A DNA stretch of 64,000 bases from an uncultured delta proteobacterium (GTDB lineage: Bacteria > Desulfobacterota > Syntrophorhabdia > Syntrophorhabdales > WCHB1-27): contig CAWEPK010000008.1 in the NCBI GenBank assembly GCA_963810935.1, positions 352,001 through 416,000 on the forward strand, read 5' to 3'. A program made the position numbers and the translations under genes. The notes under the pieces are model-generated. The model had not been told where the DNA came from, did not search any database, and saw only the letters and a program-made list of their open reading frames with translations. Positions 18,327-28,162 of this stretch are shown one piece after another; position 1 is the first letter of the stretch; each line of letters begins with the position of its first letter.

Positions 18327-20231
18327 ATGATCGAAAAATTCAGGAAGCTGTTGCCCGCCGTTCTTATGGTCGCGATGGCGGCAGCCGCTGTACCGGCATG
18401 GGGCCAGGCGGGCGCACCCATGGTCGTGGGACGGGTTTCCCACGTAGAGGGAGACCTGCTGCGCTGGGTCCCGCAGGACAACGATTGGGTGGCCGTGGTC
18501 AGGGACGTCCCTTTCGCAGCCGGAGATGCCCTTTATTCAGGGACCGAAGGCAGGTCTGAGCTGACCGCCCCTAACGGTACGTGGGTGAGGGTCGGCAGCA
18601 GCACCCAGATCCAGTTCATCTCCATGGAGCCGGACGTGACCGAAGCGGACGTTGCAGGCGGCATGGCGCGCTTTTTCGCCAGGGGACCGAGCACGGTCAT
18701 CAAGGCAGACAGCCCGTTCGGCTACGTAATAGCGAACCCCGGAACCATCTTTGACTTTTACGTCGGCGAGAACTCCGTGGAGGTCGTGCCCCTCAGGGGG
18801 ACTGTCAGCTTCGTCCATGCAGCAACAAACGCCCGCTACGATATCGCCGCAGGCTCGCCCTCCATCCTGGCTGATGCGAACCAGGTGGCTTCAGGCGCAG
18901 GCGCCCCGGACCCCGACTGGAGCGCATGGAACGCCGGCAGAGACAGCTTCTGGGCGGCGAAGGCCGGCCAAAGGCAGTCCATCGGATACCTGCCCCCTGC
19001 CCTTTATGATGATGCTTATACCCTCGATGAGAACGGCAGATGGGAGTTGGTCCGCTATGACGGGGCCGACCGATGGTTCTGGAGACCCACCAGCGTAGCG
19101 CCCGGCTGGGCGCCCTTCACCGTGGGGCGGTGGACGGAGTGGTACGGTGACCAGACGTGGATACCGGCAGAGCCTTTCGGTTACGTCACGCATCATTACG
19201 GCAACTGGGTCTTCACACGCAACGCATGGTACTGGGCTCCGCCGGTGGTCGTCCCCATACCCGTACGGCCTCTTTTGACGGTCGGCTTCGGCTGGTACCC
19301 CGGAAGGGTCTCGTGGATATCGAGCGGCGCGTACGTCGGGTGGGTGCCTCTGGCGCCGCACGAGCCTTACTATTGCCGGCATGGCTGGGGGGCGCCCGGA
19401 TTAACTGTAGTCACGGATGTGTCGATCGGCGGGATAAACATCAGGCTAGGCGGCCTCGCCTATGCCAACCTTGCCGTCCTCGTCCCGCAGCATAATTTCT
19501 ATAACGTCGCAAGTTACAGGAGCGTAAGGGTGACGAACATAAACGTCACAACGATCGTCAACAACTACCATGGCGCTCCGGTGGTCAGCGACAGGGTGAT
19601 AGCGAACTACGGTTCGATGAAGGAGCGGTACAACTTCACGAACGCCGTGATCCATGAAAAACCACATGCGAGCGTCGTCGCCAGGATCGAGCACAACAGG
19701 GAGGTCATGGTCAAGGGCGTAAGGCCAAGCGCAGCAGTGCTGGAACGCCAGGTAAGGACCATAAAAGAGGTAAGGCCCGCCCCTGCCGCACGCGTAATGC
19801 AGCCGAAGATGACGAGCTACATCGTGCCTGCCGGACAGGTAAACCGGCCCAAATCAGAAGTATCGTTCCAGCAAAAAGAGATAAGGGGGCCGGAGAACAG
19901 GCAGGCTGCGCCCCAGAAGACGGGTCAGCGGGAGGGCCAGGCCCCTGTGCGTCCGGAGCCTGCCCCACGGCGGCCAACGCCTGCCCAGGCAGGACCCGAG
20001 AGGCAGCAGGTCCCTCACCCTGCAGAAGCAGCCCAGCAACCGGTCAGGCAGCCGGAGCCTCAGAGGCCGCCACAACAAACCGTACAGCGGCCGCCACAGC
20101 AGCAGCCTGTGCCCGTAAAGCCCGTTCAGGCGGTGCAGCCTGCCAAGCCTGCGCAGCCGAAGCAGCAACCGCCGAAGCGGCCGCCCGAGCAGAAAAAACC
20201 GCAAGGCGAGCACAAGGAAGAAAAACACTAG
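18327..20231 (+). CDS. Secreted FecR-like + DUF6600-type protein with Pro/Gln-rich tail
   Basis: Signal peptide, GRVSHVEG, L.ENG.W, GWAPF..GRW, EPFGY.THHYG.W, GWVPLAPHE. Confidence 0.8.
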   Translation: MIEKFRKLLPAVLMVAMAAAAVPAWGQAGAPMVVGRVSHVEGDLLRWVPQDNDWVAVVRDVPFAAGDALYSGTEGRSELTAPNGTWVRVGSSTQIQFISMEPDVTEADVAGGMARFFARGPSTVIKADSPFGYVIANPGTIFDFYVGENSVEVVPLRGTVSFVHAATNARYDIAAGSPSILADANQVASGAGAPDPDWSAWNAGRDSFWAAKAGQRQSIGYLPPALYDDAYTLDENGRWELVRYDGADRWFWRPTSVAPGWAPFTVGRWTEWYGDQTWIPAEPFGYVTHHYGNWVFTRNAWYWAPPVVVPIPVRPLLTVGFGWYPGRVSWISSGAYVGWVPLAPHEPYYCRHGWGAPGLTVVTDVSIGGINIRLGGLAYANLAVLVPQHNFYNVASYRSVRVTNINVTTIVNNYHGAPVVSDRVIANYGSMKERYNFTNAVIHEKPHASVVARIEHNREVMVKGVRPSAAVLERQVRTIKEVRPAPAARVMQPKMTSYIVPAGQVNRPKSEVSFQQKEIRGPENRQAAPQKTGQREGQAPVRPEPAPRRPTPAQAGPERQQVPHPAEAAQQPVRQPEPQRPPQQTVQRPPQQQPVPVKPVQAVQPAKPAQPKQQPPKRPPEQKKPQGEHKEEKH

Positions 20232-20262
20232 CAGGTAAAGGAACAGCGGAGGGCAGGGGGAA

Positions 20263-20697
20263 CTACACCTGCCTGCCTTCCGCCTCCGATAGAACGGCCC
20301 TCGCGGCAGAAAACTTCCTATAATATTTTTTGATCTTCTCGATATTGCCTGAGGCTACGGCTGCCGTAAGGTCGCCCTCGGCCTCCGCAACGTCGAGGAG
20401 CATGTAGTAGTCGAGGGATTCCTTCATGTGGGCGAGCACTATCATGCCCGTTATAATCGGGTGGTTGTTGGTCACGTTCGCGTCCTTGAAGCGCGTCCCG
20501 TGCTCCAACTCCACACCCAGGCCCATCCTGAACTGCTCCGGGTCGATGGGCATTTTCCCGGTGTTCACCTCCGCGAGGACCCGGGCCGCCTCTTCCGGCG
20601 TTGCCTCCGGCTCGGGAAGGGCCGTCCAGTCCCTGATACCCGACTCCTTACACACCCGCCGCACTTCGTCCGAAGTTATGTAATCGGGAAGTTTCAT
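20263..20697 (-). CDS. DUF5661-like protein
   Basis: FRMGL.VELEHG..NVT..P.ITG.IVLAH..E..DYY; SD AAGGAGG. Confidence 0.75.
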   Translation of the reverse strand: MKLPDYITSDEVRRVCKESGIRDWTALPEPEATPEEAARVLAEVNTGKMPIDPEQFRMGLGVELEHGTRFKDANVTNNHPIITGMIVLAHMKESLDYYMLLDVAEAEGDLTAAVASGNIEKIKKYYRKFSAARAVLSEAEGRQV

Positions 20698-20727
20698 TGC
20701 CTCCTCCTTATGTGTAGTTGCCTGGAG

Positions 20728-21102
20728 CTATTGAATTTTCTTGATTTGCAGGTCGTCGCTTACGCTCGTGACATCGGGCGTATCCTTAGCAATGGCCAGC
20801 ATTTTCTCTTTCGCTTCGCGATTGGGCACTACGCCGGAAAGCGCTACCCTGCCCTGGATGGCAAAGACCCTGGGGGGCTGCAGGCCCGTCTCGGCTATTC
20901 TGGACCTGATCTGGGCCGCAATCTCGCTGTCGGAAGGGGCGCCTTCCTTCATCGCTGCCGTTTTGCTCTTACAGCCCTGAAAGGCAAAGAGCAAAAACAC
21001 CACACAGAGCAGGCACAGAAGGCTGTTTTTCACGATAGCCGTAACCGTATAAAATCTATTGTCCATTCGCCGAACGGTCAATCCTGTCCCTGATGGAAGC
21101 AA
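20728..21102 (-). CDS. BON-domain lipoprotein
   Basis: FQGC lipobox, SD.EIA..I, G.V.LSG.V, V.SV.DDL; true start probably ATG 21066. Confidence 0.8.
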   Translation of the reverse strand: MLPSGTGLTVRRMDNRFYTVTAIVKNSLLCLLCVVFLLFAFQGCKSKTAAMKEGAPSDSEIAAQIRSRIAETGLQPPRVFAIQGRVALSGVVPNREAKEKMLAIAKDTPDVTSVSDDLQIKKIQ

Positions 21103-21244
21103 CCAATTTTTCCAGGTCTGCCTTCCTGAGCACCTTCAGGAAATCCAGCTCGCCCGTTCCCAGAAGGTCGCTTATTATCTTTACGAGCTTTTCGTTGTCG
21201 ATGCTTATTTCTGCTTCTGTCATGACATACATAGATAATATCAA
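21056..21244 (-). CDS. Small hypothetical protein
   Basis: Helical LVKIISDLL...LDFL..L.KADLEKLVASIRDRID; overlaps the BON gene start. Confidence 0.65.
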   Translation of the reverse strand: MILSMYVMTEAEISIDNEKLVKIISDLLGTGELDFLKVLRKADLEKLVASIRDRIDRSANGQ

Positions 21245-21356
21245 AGCCGTCCCTCAGTCAAGTCAAAACCATCAATTGGATGATGGGCAGGCGGGTTGAC
21301 ATATGTCAAAGCATACCTATATTTTAGTAGTTGACAAAAAATGCTGGAGGGGGCTT

Positions 21357-21914
21357 ATGAGGGGTAGGCAACTTTTCCTTATCATGCTTCTGTCGCCGCT
21401 CGTCATCGCCTTCGCTACGCAAGCGGCCGCCCAGGGGTTTTTCCCCTTAGGCGGCTGGCCCATTCCGACTTCGCCGCCGTCGCCGCCTGCCACGCCGGTA
21501 GGACCCCCCTCTCCAAGCATGATGCCTCCTGCCGCTCCGCCGGCGGGCAATACATACATGGGGACGGGCGGTATATCGGAGTACGGCGGCACCATGTCAG
21601 GAAGCACCGTGCTCTCGACCACGGGAACCGACCCCATGGGAGGGCCGGCGATGGCGATGCCGGAGTCCCCGTTATCGGTCGCCCCCTACGCGCCGGTCGT
21701 AACGCAGACGGATGAGATCCTGCGCGGCACTTACCCGTCCGGCTCGGTTGGCACGAGCCGCGTTGCCGGCTCTTATGGCGGAGTTGCGGTGGCGTCCGGA
21801 GGGACAAGGCCGCTTATGCCTGCGCCCGGCGGCCTGCCCGACACCGTGCCGCTGCCGGGTCTCGGTAGTACAATGGTCCCCGGGGTCGCGATCCCATCAA
21901 CAGAAAAGAGATAA
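21357..21914 (+). CDS. Secreted Pro/Gly-rich low-complexity protein
   Basis: SD GGAGG, signal peptide; upstream TTGACA-16-TATATT within palindrome TTGACATATGTCAA. Confidence 0.65.
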   Translation: MRGRQLFLIMLLSPLVIAFATQAAAQGFFPLGGWPIPTSPPSPPATPVGPPSPSMMPPAAPPAGNTYMGTGGISEYGGTMSGSTVLSTTGTDPMGGPAMAMPESPLSVAPYAPVVTQTDEILRGTYPSGSVGTSRVAGSYGGVAVASGGTRPLMPAPGGLPDTVPLPGLGSTMVPGVAIPSTEKR

Positions 21915-22004
21915 ACGGCAGATAGGGAACAGGACCGGGCCGCACACACAAACCCCGCCGCACGTGTGAAAGGGCCGCAAGAAGTCAGAGGCTTACGGTC
22001 TGCC

Positions 22005-22619
22005 TTACCGCGTCCCTTCTACTTCCGGAAGCATCGTTATATTGTTTTGATATTCTTTGAGGACCCGCTTTGTGAAGGCGGTCTTCGGCTGGCCGTTGCC
22101 GTTCTGCCGGGCCTTGGCCTTGGTGGTCCCGATATTGTAGGCGTTGAGCGCGGTAGGCAAGCTGCGGAAGTCTTCAACGAGACGGGACAAGTGGTAAATC
22201 CCCAGCCTTATGTTCTTGTCCGGCTCATGGAGGCTGTCTGCGCCGTCCCAGGCTACCCCGGCGTCTTTGGCGATATACTTGGCAAGGGACGGCTTGATCT
22301 GGAAAAGGCCCCTCGCCCCTTTTTTCGATATCACGTCCTGCTTGAAATTGCTTTCGACTTTTATTACGGCCAGGGCGAGCCGGTAATCGATATCGTGCTC
22401 GATTGATTCATCGTATACCTTATCGACCATGGCCCTGAGCTTCTCGTCGTGCATGTGCACGGATTTGCCCTTGAGGTGCGCAACGACCCTTTCCAGGACG
22501 GCGTTTCTCTCCAGCGGGTCCTCAGCCGACGCGCGTTTCAGCGTGAGCGCAGTGAGGGCGACCGCCGTAATAAAGAAGATAGAGACTACTATCAGTATTT
22601 CTTTTCGCTGCCTTCTCAC
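22005..22619 (-). CDS. Lytic transglycosylase (SLT domain), membrane-anchored
   Basis: LAVIKVESNF, GARGLFQI, NIRLG..HL, ALNAYN.G; start uncertain. Confidence 0.9.
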   Translation of the reverse strand: MRRQRKEILIVVSIFFITAVALTALTLKRASAEDPLERNAVLERVVAHLKGKSVHMHDEKLRAMVDKVYDESIEHDIDYRLALAVIKVESNFKQDVISKKGARGLFQIKPSLAKYIAKDAGVAWDGADSLHEPDKNIRLGIYHLSRLVEDFRSLPTALNAYNIGTTKAKARQNGNGQPKTAFTKRVLKEYQNNITMLPEVEGTR

Positions 22620-22818
22620 TACATTTCCCTTAATTTTGTCGGCCAGAGGTGCAAGAGTCAGAGTTGTTGTAAGTGTCCCAGTATATATTGTACGCGGATG
22701 AAAAACAAGCAAAAACTTAGTTTAATGGTCTCTCAAGTATCGTTATCCGCGTGGGCGTCGAACTATATATCTTAAGATATCATATACTTAGCTCGTGGCC
22801 AAAGACCTTCCGGAAAGA

Positions 22819-23523
22819 CTATTCGCCCTCGGAATTGCCTGTCTTCCGGGTCCGTTCGAGGATGGCTTTGAATGTCTTCATATCGTAGTTTGCGGTAGTA
22901 ATGAACTCTTCGTCCGACTCGAAGTACCAGACGAGCATTTTCCTTAGCTTATCGAGGGGATACATCTTGATCAGCTCGACGGCTATCTTGCCTTCCTTCT
23001 CGTAGCGCAGCGACGGTTTTCTCTGAAATTTGAGCGCGTAGCCCTCGCTATACGCGTCGAGCAGCAGCTTCATGTCGGAGAAAGCATGGACCTTGTCCGT
23101 TTCCTCTACGGGCTGCTCCTCGCTTCCTGCGGCCTCCTCACCCTCCACAGGGGCCGGCCGCTCCTCGGGTTTCTCTTTCCCGGCGGACGGGACCGTCTCC
23201 TGCTTCTGCTGGGCGTACCACTCGGCCGCAAACTCCCTGTAAACGGTCTCGATGGTGAGTACCTCCTGCTCCTTCCTGGTAGCAATCAGCCTCTTCACGA
23301 TGGTATAGAACGCGTAGACGGCCGTGTGTATGTCCCGGTCCGTCTCCTTCCCTTCGAGGACGCCTATGTTCCTGAAGCGCGACAGGTCTACGATGGGATA
23401 GGTATTACCCTGCATGTCGAAAAGATAGATGCCGAAGGTATTCTTGGGAATGTCGCCGGCGAGGTCGATCCGCTTCACGTAATCGAGGTTTACCATGCCG
23501 TTATGGTCCGTCTCTATCCACAT
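22819..23523 (-). CDS. Hypothetical two-domain protein with acidic linker
   Basis: Host-like codon use; N-domain WIET....VNLDYVKRIDL; helical C-domain. Confidence 0.75.
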   Translation of the reverse strand: MWIETDHNGMVNLDYVKRIDLAGDIPKNTFGIYLFDMQGNTYPIVDLSRFRNIGVLEGKETDRDIHTAVYAFYTIVKRLIATRKEQEVLTIETVYREFAAEWYAQQKQETVPSAGKEKPEERPAPVEGEEAAGSEEQPVEETDKVHAFSDMKLLLDAYSEGYALKFQRKPSLRYEKEGKIAVELIKMYPLDKLRKMLVWYFESDEEFITTANYDMKTFKAILERTRKTGNSEGE

Positions 23524-23700
23524 AACCGGCTCACAGCCCTTCCCTTCACGATAATATAGGGCAGATATCGGCCTATGCACACCGGGGGTTGCGTGAAGAC
23601 CGAACCCGCCTTGTAAGATAAACCCTCTTCCGGCCTTGCACACTATTTTTCAGTCCGGTCCTCTTGAAACTTGAGGCCGCACACCCGACCTTATTAGTAA

Positions 23701-23842
23701 GGCGGCGCACCGGGGCGGATCAGGTCCGTGGGAAACCGGTATCCATGTGGGGGAGGATACCGAAAGCGTTAACCGCCGGGCCGGGTGGACGGTCAAGCCC
23801 TTACTCCCTGGGTCCGTCCCCGGAAAAACCCCGGACGCCGCC
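23701..23842. ncRNA. Unassigned structured RNA candidate upstream of hutU
   Basis: Long closing helix plus internal 8-bp hairpin (see findings). Confidence 0.35.
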
Positions 23843-23939
23843 CCCGCAAAAGCCGTTCCCCGGTTCATTTTACCCTCAAAACGTGATATACAGTAATAAA
23901 TGAGCGCACGTGCAGGCCGAGAGGGAGAAGTCGTATAAT

Positions 23940-25985
23940 ATGGTTTCCAACCGAGCAATATCTGATGCCATGACTATAAGGCTGGATGCAATCGTAGAGG
24001 GCCTGCCTCCGATGCCGCCCTTTGTCGAAGGCATCCGGAGGGCCCCCAGAAGGAGGCCCACCTTGAGCCGCAGCGACACGGTGCTCGCGTTGCGCAACGC
24101 CCTCAGGTACGTGCCTGAAGAGTGGCACAAGACGCTCGCCCCGGAATTCCTCGACGAGTTGCTGACCAGGGGCCGCATCTACGCGTACCGCTTCAGGCCC
24201 GAAGGGAGGATCAGGGGGAACCCCATCGAGTCGTACCGGGGCAACTGCGTAGAGGGCAAGGCCTTTCAGGTGATGATCGACAACAACCTTGACTTCGACG
24301 TAGCCCTTTACCCTTACGAGCTAGTGACCTACGGGGAGACAGGCCAGGTATGCCAGAACTGGATGCAGTACCGCTTGATAACTGCCTACCTCCGGAAGCT
24401 GACCGCGGAGCAGACGCTCGTAGTCGAGTCCGGCCATCCTGTCGGCCTTTTCAGGTCAGGCCCGCAGTCGCCAAGGGTAGTCATCACGAACGGCCTGATG
24501 GTGGGCGAGTTCGACGACCAGGAAAACTGGCAGCGGGCGGCTGCCCTGGGCGTATCGAACTACGGCCAGATGACGGCCGGGGGCTGGATGTACATCGGGC
24601 CCCAGGGCATCGTCCATGGAACCTATTCAACGGTCCTGAACGCAACGCGCCTCCGGCGGTCCACCTCCGGCGACGAGGATATGACCGGCTGTCTTTTCGT
24701 ATCCTCGGGCCTCGGCGGCATGAGCGGGGCGCAGGGCAAGGCCGTGGAGATAGCGCGGGGCGTCGCCGTTATAGCGGAGATAGACCCGTCGAGGATAGAG
24801 ACAAGGCGCAGCCAGGGGTGGATCGGCCGGGTCGCAACGGATGCGGCGGAAGCCTTCCGCCTTGCAGGCGCGGCCGTCGGGGAGAAGAAACCGGCCTCCA
24901 TCGCTTTCCTGGGGAATATAGTCGATCTCCTCGAATACGCGGTTGCGCAGAACGTGAATATCGACCTCCTCTCCGACCAGACCTCGTGCCATGCAGCATA
25001 CGAGGGCGGGTACTGCCCGCAGGGGCTCACCTTCGACGAGAGGACAAAGCTGCTCGCCACCCAGCCTGCCGTCTTCAGGGAAATGGTAGATCGCTCCCTC
25101 AAGCGCCATTTTGAGCTTATTCGCGCCCTGGTCGGCCGGGGGACATATTTCTTCGATTACGGGAACAGCTTCCTGAAGGCCGTTTATGACGCGGAGGTAA
25201 AGGAAGTTTGCAGGAACGGTACCGACCCTCTGGACGGCTTTATCTTCCCTTCATACGTAGAAGATATCATGGGACCGCTTCTCTTCGATTACGGGTACGG
25301 CCCTTTCAGGTGGGTGGTCTTGAACGGCTCGCCGGAAGACCTCGTGAAGACGGACAGGGCGGCCATGTCCTGCATCGACCCGTCGAGGCGCTTCCAGGAC
25401 AGGGACAACCACGCCTGGATCAGGGACGCGGGTGAGAACAAGCTTGTCGTAGGCACCCAGGCCCGCATACTGTACCAGGACGCGGAAGGGCGGGTGCGGA
25501 TCGCCCTTAAGTTCAACGAGATGGTGCGCAGCGGCGAGATAGGGCCTGTCATGATCGGCCGCGACCACCACGACGTGGGCGGCGCGGACTCTCCCTTCAG
25601 GGAGACGTCGAGCGTCAAGGACGGCAGCAACATCACGGCGGACATGGCCGTCCAGTGCTTCGCGGGCAACGCGAGCCGCGGCATGAGTCTCGTATCGCTG
25701 CATAACGGCGGCGGCGTAGGCATAGGCAAGGCGATAAACGGCGGCTTCGGCCTCGTGCTCGACGGGAGCGAAAGAGTGGACGAGATCATAAAGAGCGCAA
25801 TCCCGTGGGACGTCATGGGCGGGGTCGCGAGACGCTCCTGGGCGCGAAGCGGCCATTCGATAGAGACTGCCATAGACTATAACACGGCGGGCAAGGGCGC
25901 GGACCACCTGACCCTGCCGTATCTTGCCGACGAGGACGCGGTACGGTCGCTTGTTGACAAGGCCTTTTCGGAGGGCCTGCCTTGA
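23940..25985 (+). CDS. hutU: Urocanate hydratase (long type)
   Basis: NNLD..VA.YPYELVTYG, YGQMTAGGWMYIGPQGIVHGT, GLGGMSGAQ, SDQTSCH, GRDHHD; start uncertain (23910/23940/23970). Confidence 0.96.
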   Translation: MVSNRAISDAMTIRLDAIVEGLPPMPPFVEGIRRAPRRRPTLSRSDTVLALRNALRYVPEEWHKTLAPEFLDELLTRGRIYAYRFRPEGRIRGNPIESYRGNCVEGKAFQVMIDNNLDFDVALYPYELVTYGETGQVCQNWMQYRLITAYLRKLTAEQTLVVESGHPVGLFRSGPQSPRVVITNGLMVGEFDDQENWQRAAALGVSNYGQMTAGGWMYIGPQGIVHGTYSTVLNATRLRRSTSGDEDMTGCLFVSSGLGGMSGAQGKAVEIARGVAVIAEIDPSRIETRRSQGWIGRVATDAAEAFRLAGAAVGEKKPASIAFLGNIVDLLEYAVAQNVNIDLLSDQTSCHAAYEGGYCPQGLTFDERTKLLATQPAVFREMVDRSLKRHFELIRALVGRGTYFFDYGNSFLKAVYDAEVKEVCRNGTDPLDGFIFPSYVEDIMGPLLFDYGYGPFRWVVLNGSPEDLVKTDRAAMSCIDPSRRFQDRDNHAWIRDAGENKLVVGTQARILYQDAEGRVRIALKFNEMVRSGEIGPVMIGRDHHDVGGADSPFRETSSVKDGSNITADMAVQCFAGNASRGMSLVSLHNGGGVGIGKAINGGFGLVLDGSERVDEIIKSAIPWDVMGGVARRSWARSGHSIETAIDYNTAGKGADHLTLPYLADEDAVRSLVDKAFSEGLP

Positions 25986-26875
25986 AGAAGATCGTCGAAT
26001 GCGTGCCCAATTACAGCGAAGGAAGGGACAAGGAGAAGATCCGCAGGATACTTTCTGCCTTCAGAGGCAAAAAGGGGGTAAAGCTCCTCGACCACGAGCA
26101 GGACTCAGACCATAACAGGCTGGTCGTCACACTCATCGGGGAGCCGCCGGCAGTCGCCGCGGCAGTTCTCGCCTCCGTCGGCGTCGCTGTGGAAGTTATC
26201 GATTTACGCAAGCATTCGGGGCAGCACCCGCGCATAGGCGCAGTCGATGTCATACCGTTTATCCCGGTCAGCAATGTCTCCATGGCAGAGGCGGTCGAGC
26301 TTTCCAAAGAGGTGGGGCGCGCACTCGCCGAAAAGTACGGCGTGCCCGTCTTCCTATATGAAGAGTCGGCCTCCGACCCGGCAAGGCGCGATCTGGCGGC
26401 TATCAGGAAGGGTGAATTCGAAGGGATGTCGGAAAAGCTGAAAATGCCCGAGTGGAGGCCCGATTACGGCAAGGCCAGGGCACATCCGACGGCGGGCGTT
26501 GTCGCCGTAGGCGCCCGCATGCCTCTGGTCGCCTTCAACGTCAACATCGATACCCCGAATATGGAGATCGCCTCGGCCATAGCGAAGGCCGTCAGGAATT
26601 CGAGCGGGGGCCTGCGTTACTGCAAGGCCATCGCCGTAGACCTCACGGAAAGAGGGATCACACAGGTTTCGATGAACATGACCGATTTTGCAAAAACCCC
26701 TCTCCACCGCGCAGTCGAGCTTGTGCGGTCGGAGGCGAGGCGGTACGGCGTCAACGTGGTAGGAAGCGAGGTCGTCGGACTCGCGCCCATGGCGGCCCTG
26801 ATCGACGCCGCCGCCTTTTATATGGGCCTCGAACGCTTCAGCATCGACCAAATATTAGAGACACGTATGGAGTAA
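25982..26875 (+). CDS. ftcD: Glutamate formiminotransferase
   Basis: ECVPNYSEGRD, DHNRLV.T, H.GQHPRIGAVDV.PF, GARMPLVAFN. Confidence 0.95.
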   Translation: MKKIVECVPNYSEGRDKEKIRRILSAFRGKKGVKLLDHEQDSDHNRLVVTLIGEPPAVAAAVLASVGVAVEVIDLRKHSGQHPRIGAVDVIPFIPVSNVSMAEAVELSKEVGRALAEKYGVPVFLYEESASDPARRDLAAIRKGEFEGMSEKLKMPEWRPDYGKARAHPTAGVVAVGARMPLVAFNVNIDTPNMEIASAIAKAVRNSSGGLRYCKAIAVDLTERGITQVSMNMTDFAKTPLHRAVELVRSEARRYGVNVVGSEVVGLAPMAALIDAAAFYMGLERFSIDQILETRME

Positions 26876-26881
26876 GAGTTA

Positions 26882-28162
26882 ATGGATGGAAACGTAGTCA
26901 TAAAGAACGCGTCCGAGCTCGTTACGTGCAGCGGACAAACCGCGAAGACAGGGCGGGCCATGTCCGACCTGGCAGTCATAAACGGCGGGGCCGTCTCTAT
27001 CGAGAACGGCGTAATTACGCGCGTCGGCCGCACCGACGAGGTCATCCGGGGCCTCGACCTCTCGGGCTTCGAGGTGATAGACGCGACAGGCAAGGCGGTG
27101 CTGCCGGGTCTCATCGACTGCCATACGCATTTCCTCTTTGCGGGGTACAGGGCGGATGAGTTCGCGTGGCGTCTTTCAGGCCTCTCCTATATGGAGATCA
27201 TGGAGCGGGGCGGAGGCATCAGCCGGACGGTCGAGGCGACGCGGCTGGCAACGGAGGACGAGCTTATCGCGGAAGGCGCCAGACGGCTCGACCACATGCT
27301 CTCCTTCGGTGTTACGACTTGTGAAGGTAAAAGCGGCTACGGCCTGGACCATACGACGGAGATAAAACAGCTTCAGGCCATGGCGGCCCTCGACAAGGCC
27401 CATCCGATAGACATTCTGCCGACCTTCCTCGGCGCGCATGCAGTGCCGAAAGAATACATGGGCGATGCGGACGCCTATATAGACTATGTGGCGTCAGACG
27501 TGCTGTCCCATGTTTGCGCCCTCGGGCTCGCCCGCTTCTGCGACGTTTTCTGCGAGAAGGGCGTCTTCGGCATAGAGCAGTCGAGGCGGCTCCTTAAGGC
27601 GGCACGACGGCAGGGCCTCAATATCAAGATCCACGCGGACGAGATTACGCGCCTCGGCGGCGCGGAGCTTGCGGCCGAGCTGGGCGCGACGTCCGCAGAC
27701 CACCTGCTCCACGCCTCCGACGAAGGGGTCCGGGCAATGGCGCGAGAGAGAGTGGTCGCAGTCCTGCTGCCTGCAACGGCTTTCAGCCTGAAGGAGCCCT
27801 ACGCCAGGGCGCGCTTCATGATCGACGAAGGGTGCGCTGTGGCGCTGGCGACGGACCTGAACCCCGGGAGTTGCTTTTCGGAAAATATCCCGCTTGTTTT
27901 CAGCCTCGCCGTCCTATACATGGGCATGACGATCGAGGAGGCGGTAACAGCCTTTACGATAAACGGCGCGGCGGCCCTCGGCCTCGCCTCAAGAGTCGGC
28001 AGCATAGACGCAGGGAAGCAGGGCGACCTGGTAGTCCTGGAATTCCCATCCTACGGATATATCCCCTACCACGTCGGCGTGAGCTGCGTGGAGAAAGTGA
28101 TAAAGAAGGGACGCGTCGTTTTCGACGCATCAAAAGGAGAAGCCAGGGGGCGGCCGTGCTGA
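26882..28162 (+). CDS. hutI: Imidazolonepropionase
   Basis: PGLIDCHTH, EGKSGYGL, TFLGAH, DVFCE, HADE, ATDLNPG. Confidence 0.96.
   Translation: MDGNVVIKNASELVTCSGQTAKTGRAMSDLAVINGGAVSIENGVITRVGRTDEVIRGLDLSGFEVIDATGKAVLPGLIDCHTHFLFAGYRADEFAWRLSGLSYMEIMERGGGISRTVEATRLATEDELIAEGARRLDHMLSFGVTTCEGKSGYGLDHTTEIKQLQAMAALDKAHPIDILPTFLGAHAVPKEYMGDADAYIDYVASDVLSHVCALGLARFCDVFCEKGVFGIEQSRRLLKAARRQGLNIKIHADEITRLGGAELAAELGATSADHLLHASDEGVRAMARERVVAVLLPATAFSLKEPYARARFMIDEGCAVALATDLNPGSCFSENIPLVFSLAVLYMGMTIEEAVTAFTINGAAALGLASRVGSIDAGKQGDLVVLEFPSYGYIPYHVGVSCVEKVIKKGRVVFDASKGEARGRPC

Noticed and set aside
19890..20231. Pro/Gln-rich CAG/CCG repeats
   Set aside because: Low-complexity coding tail, not a DNA repeat array.
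22767..22780. Palindrome ATATCTTAAGATAT upstream of the SLT gene
   Set aside because: Single AT-rich palindrome with no supporting copy or assignable regulator.
23701..23850. Assignment as ZTP, THF, cobalamin, TPP, c-di-GMP riboswitch, SRP or 6S RNA
   Set aside because: Only isolated fragments match (GGGAAACCGGT, GCGTTAA, TCAGGTCCG, ACCTGATCCG on the minus strand); required cores are missing or out of order.
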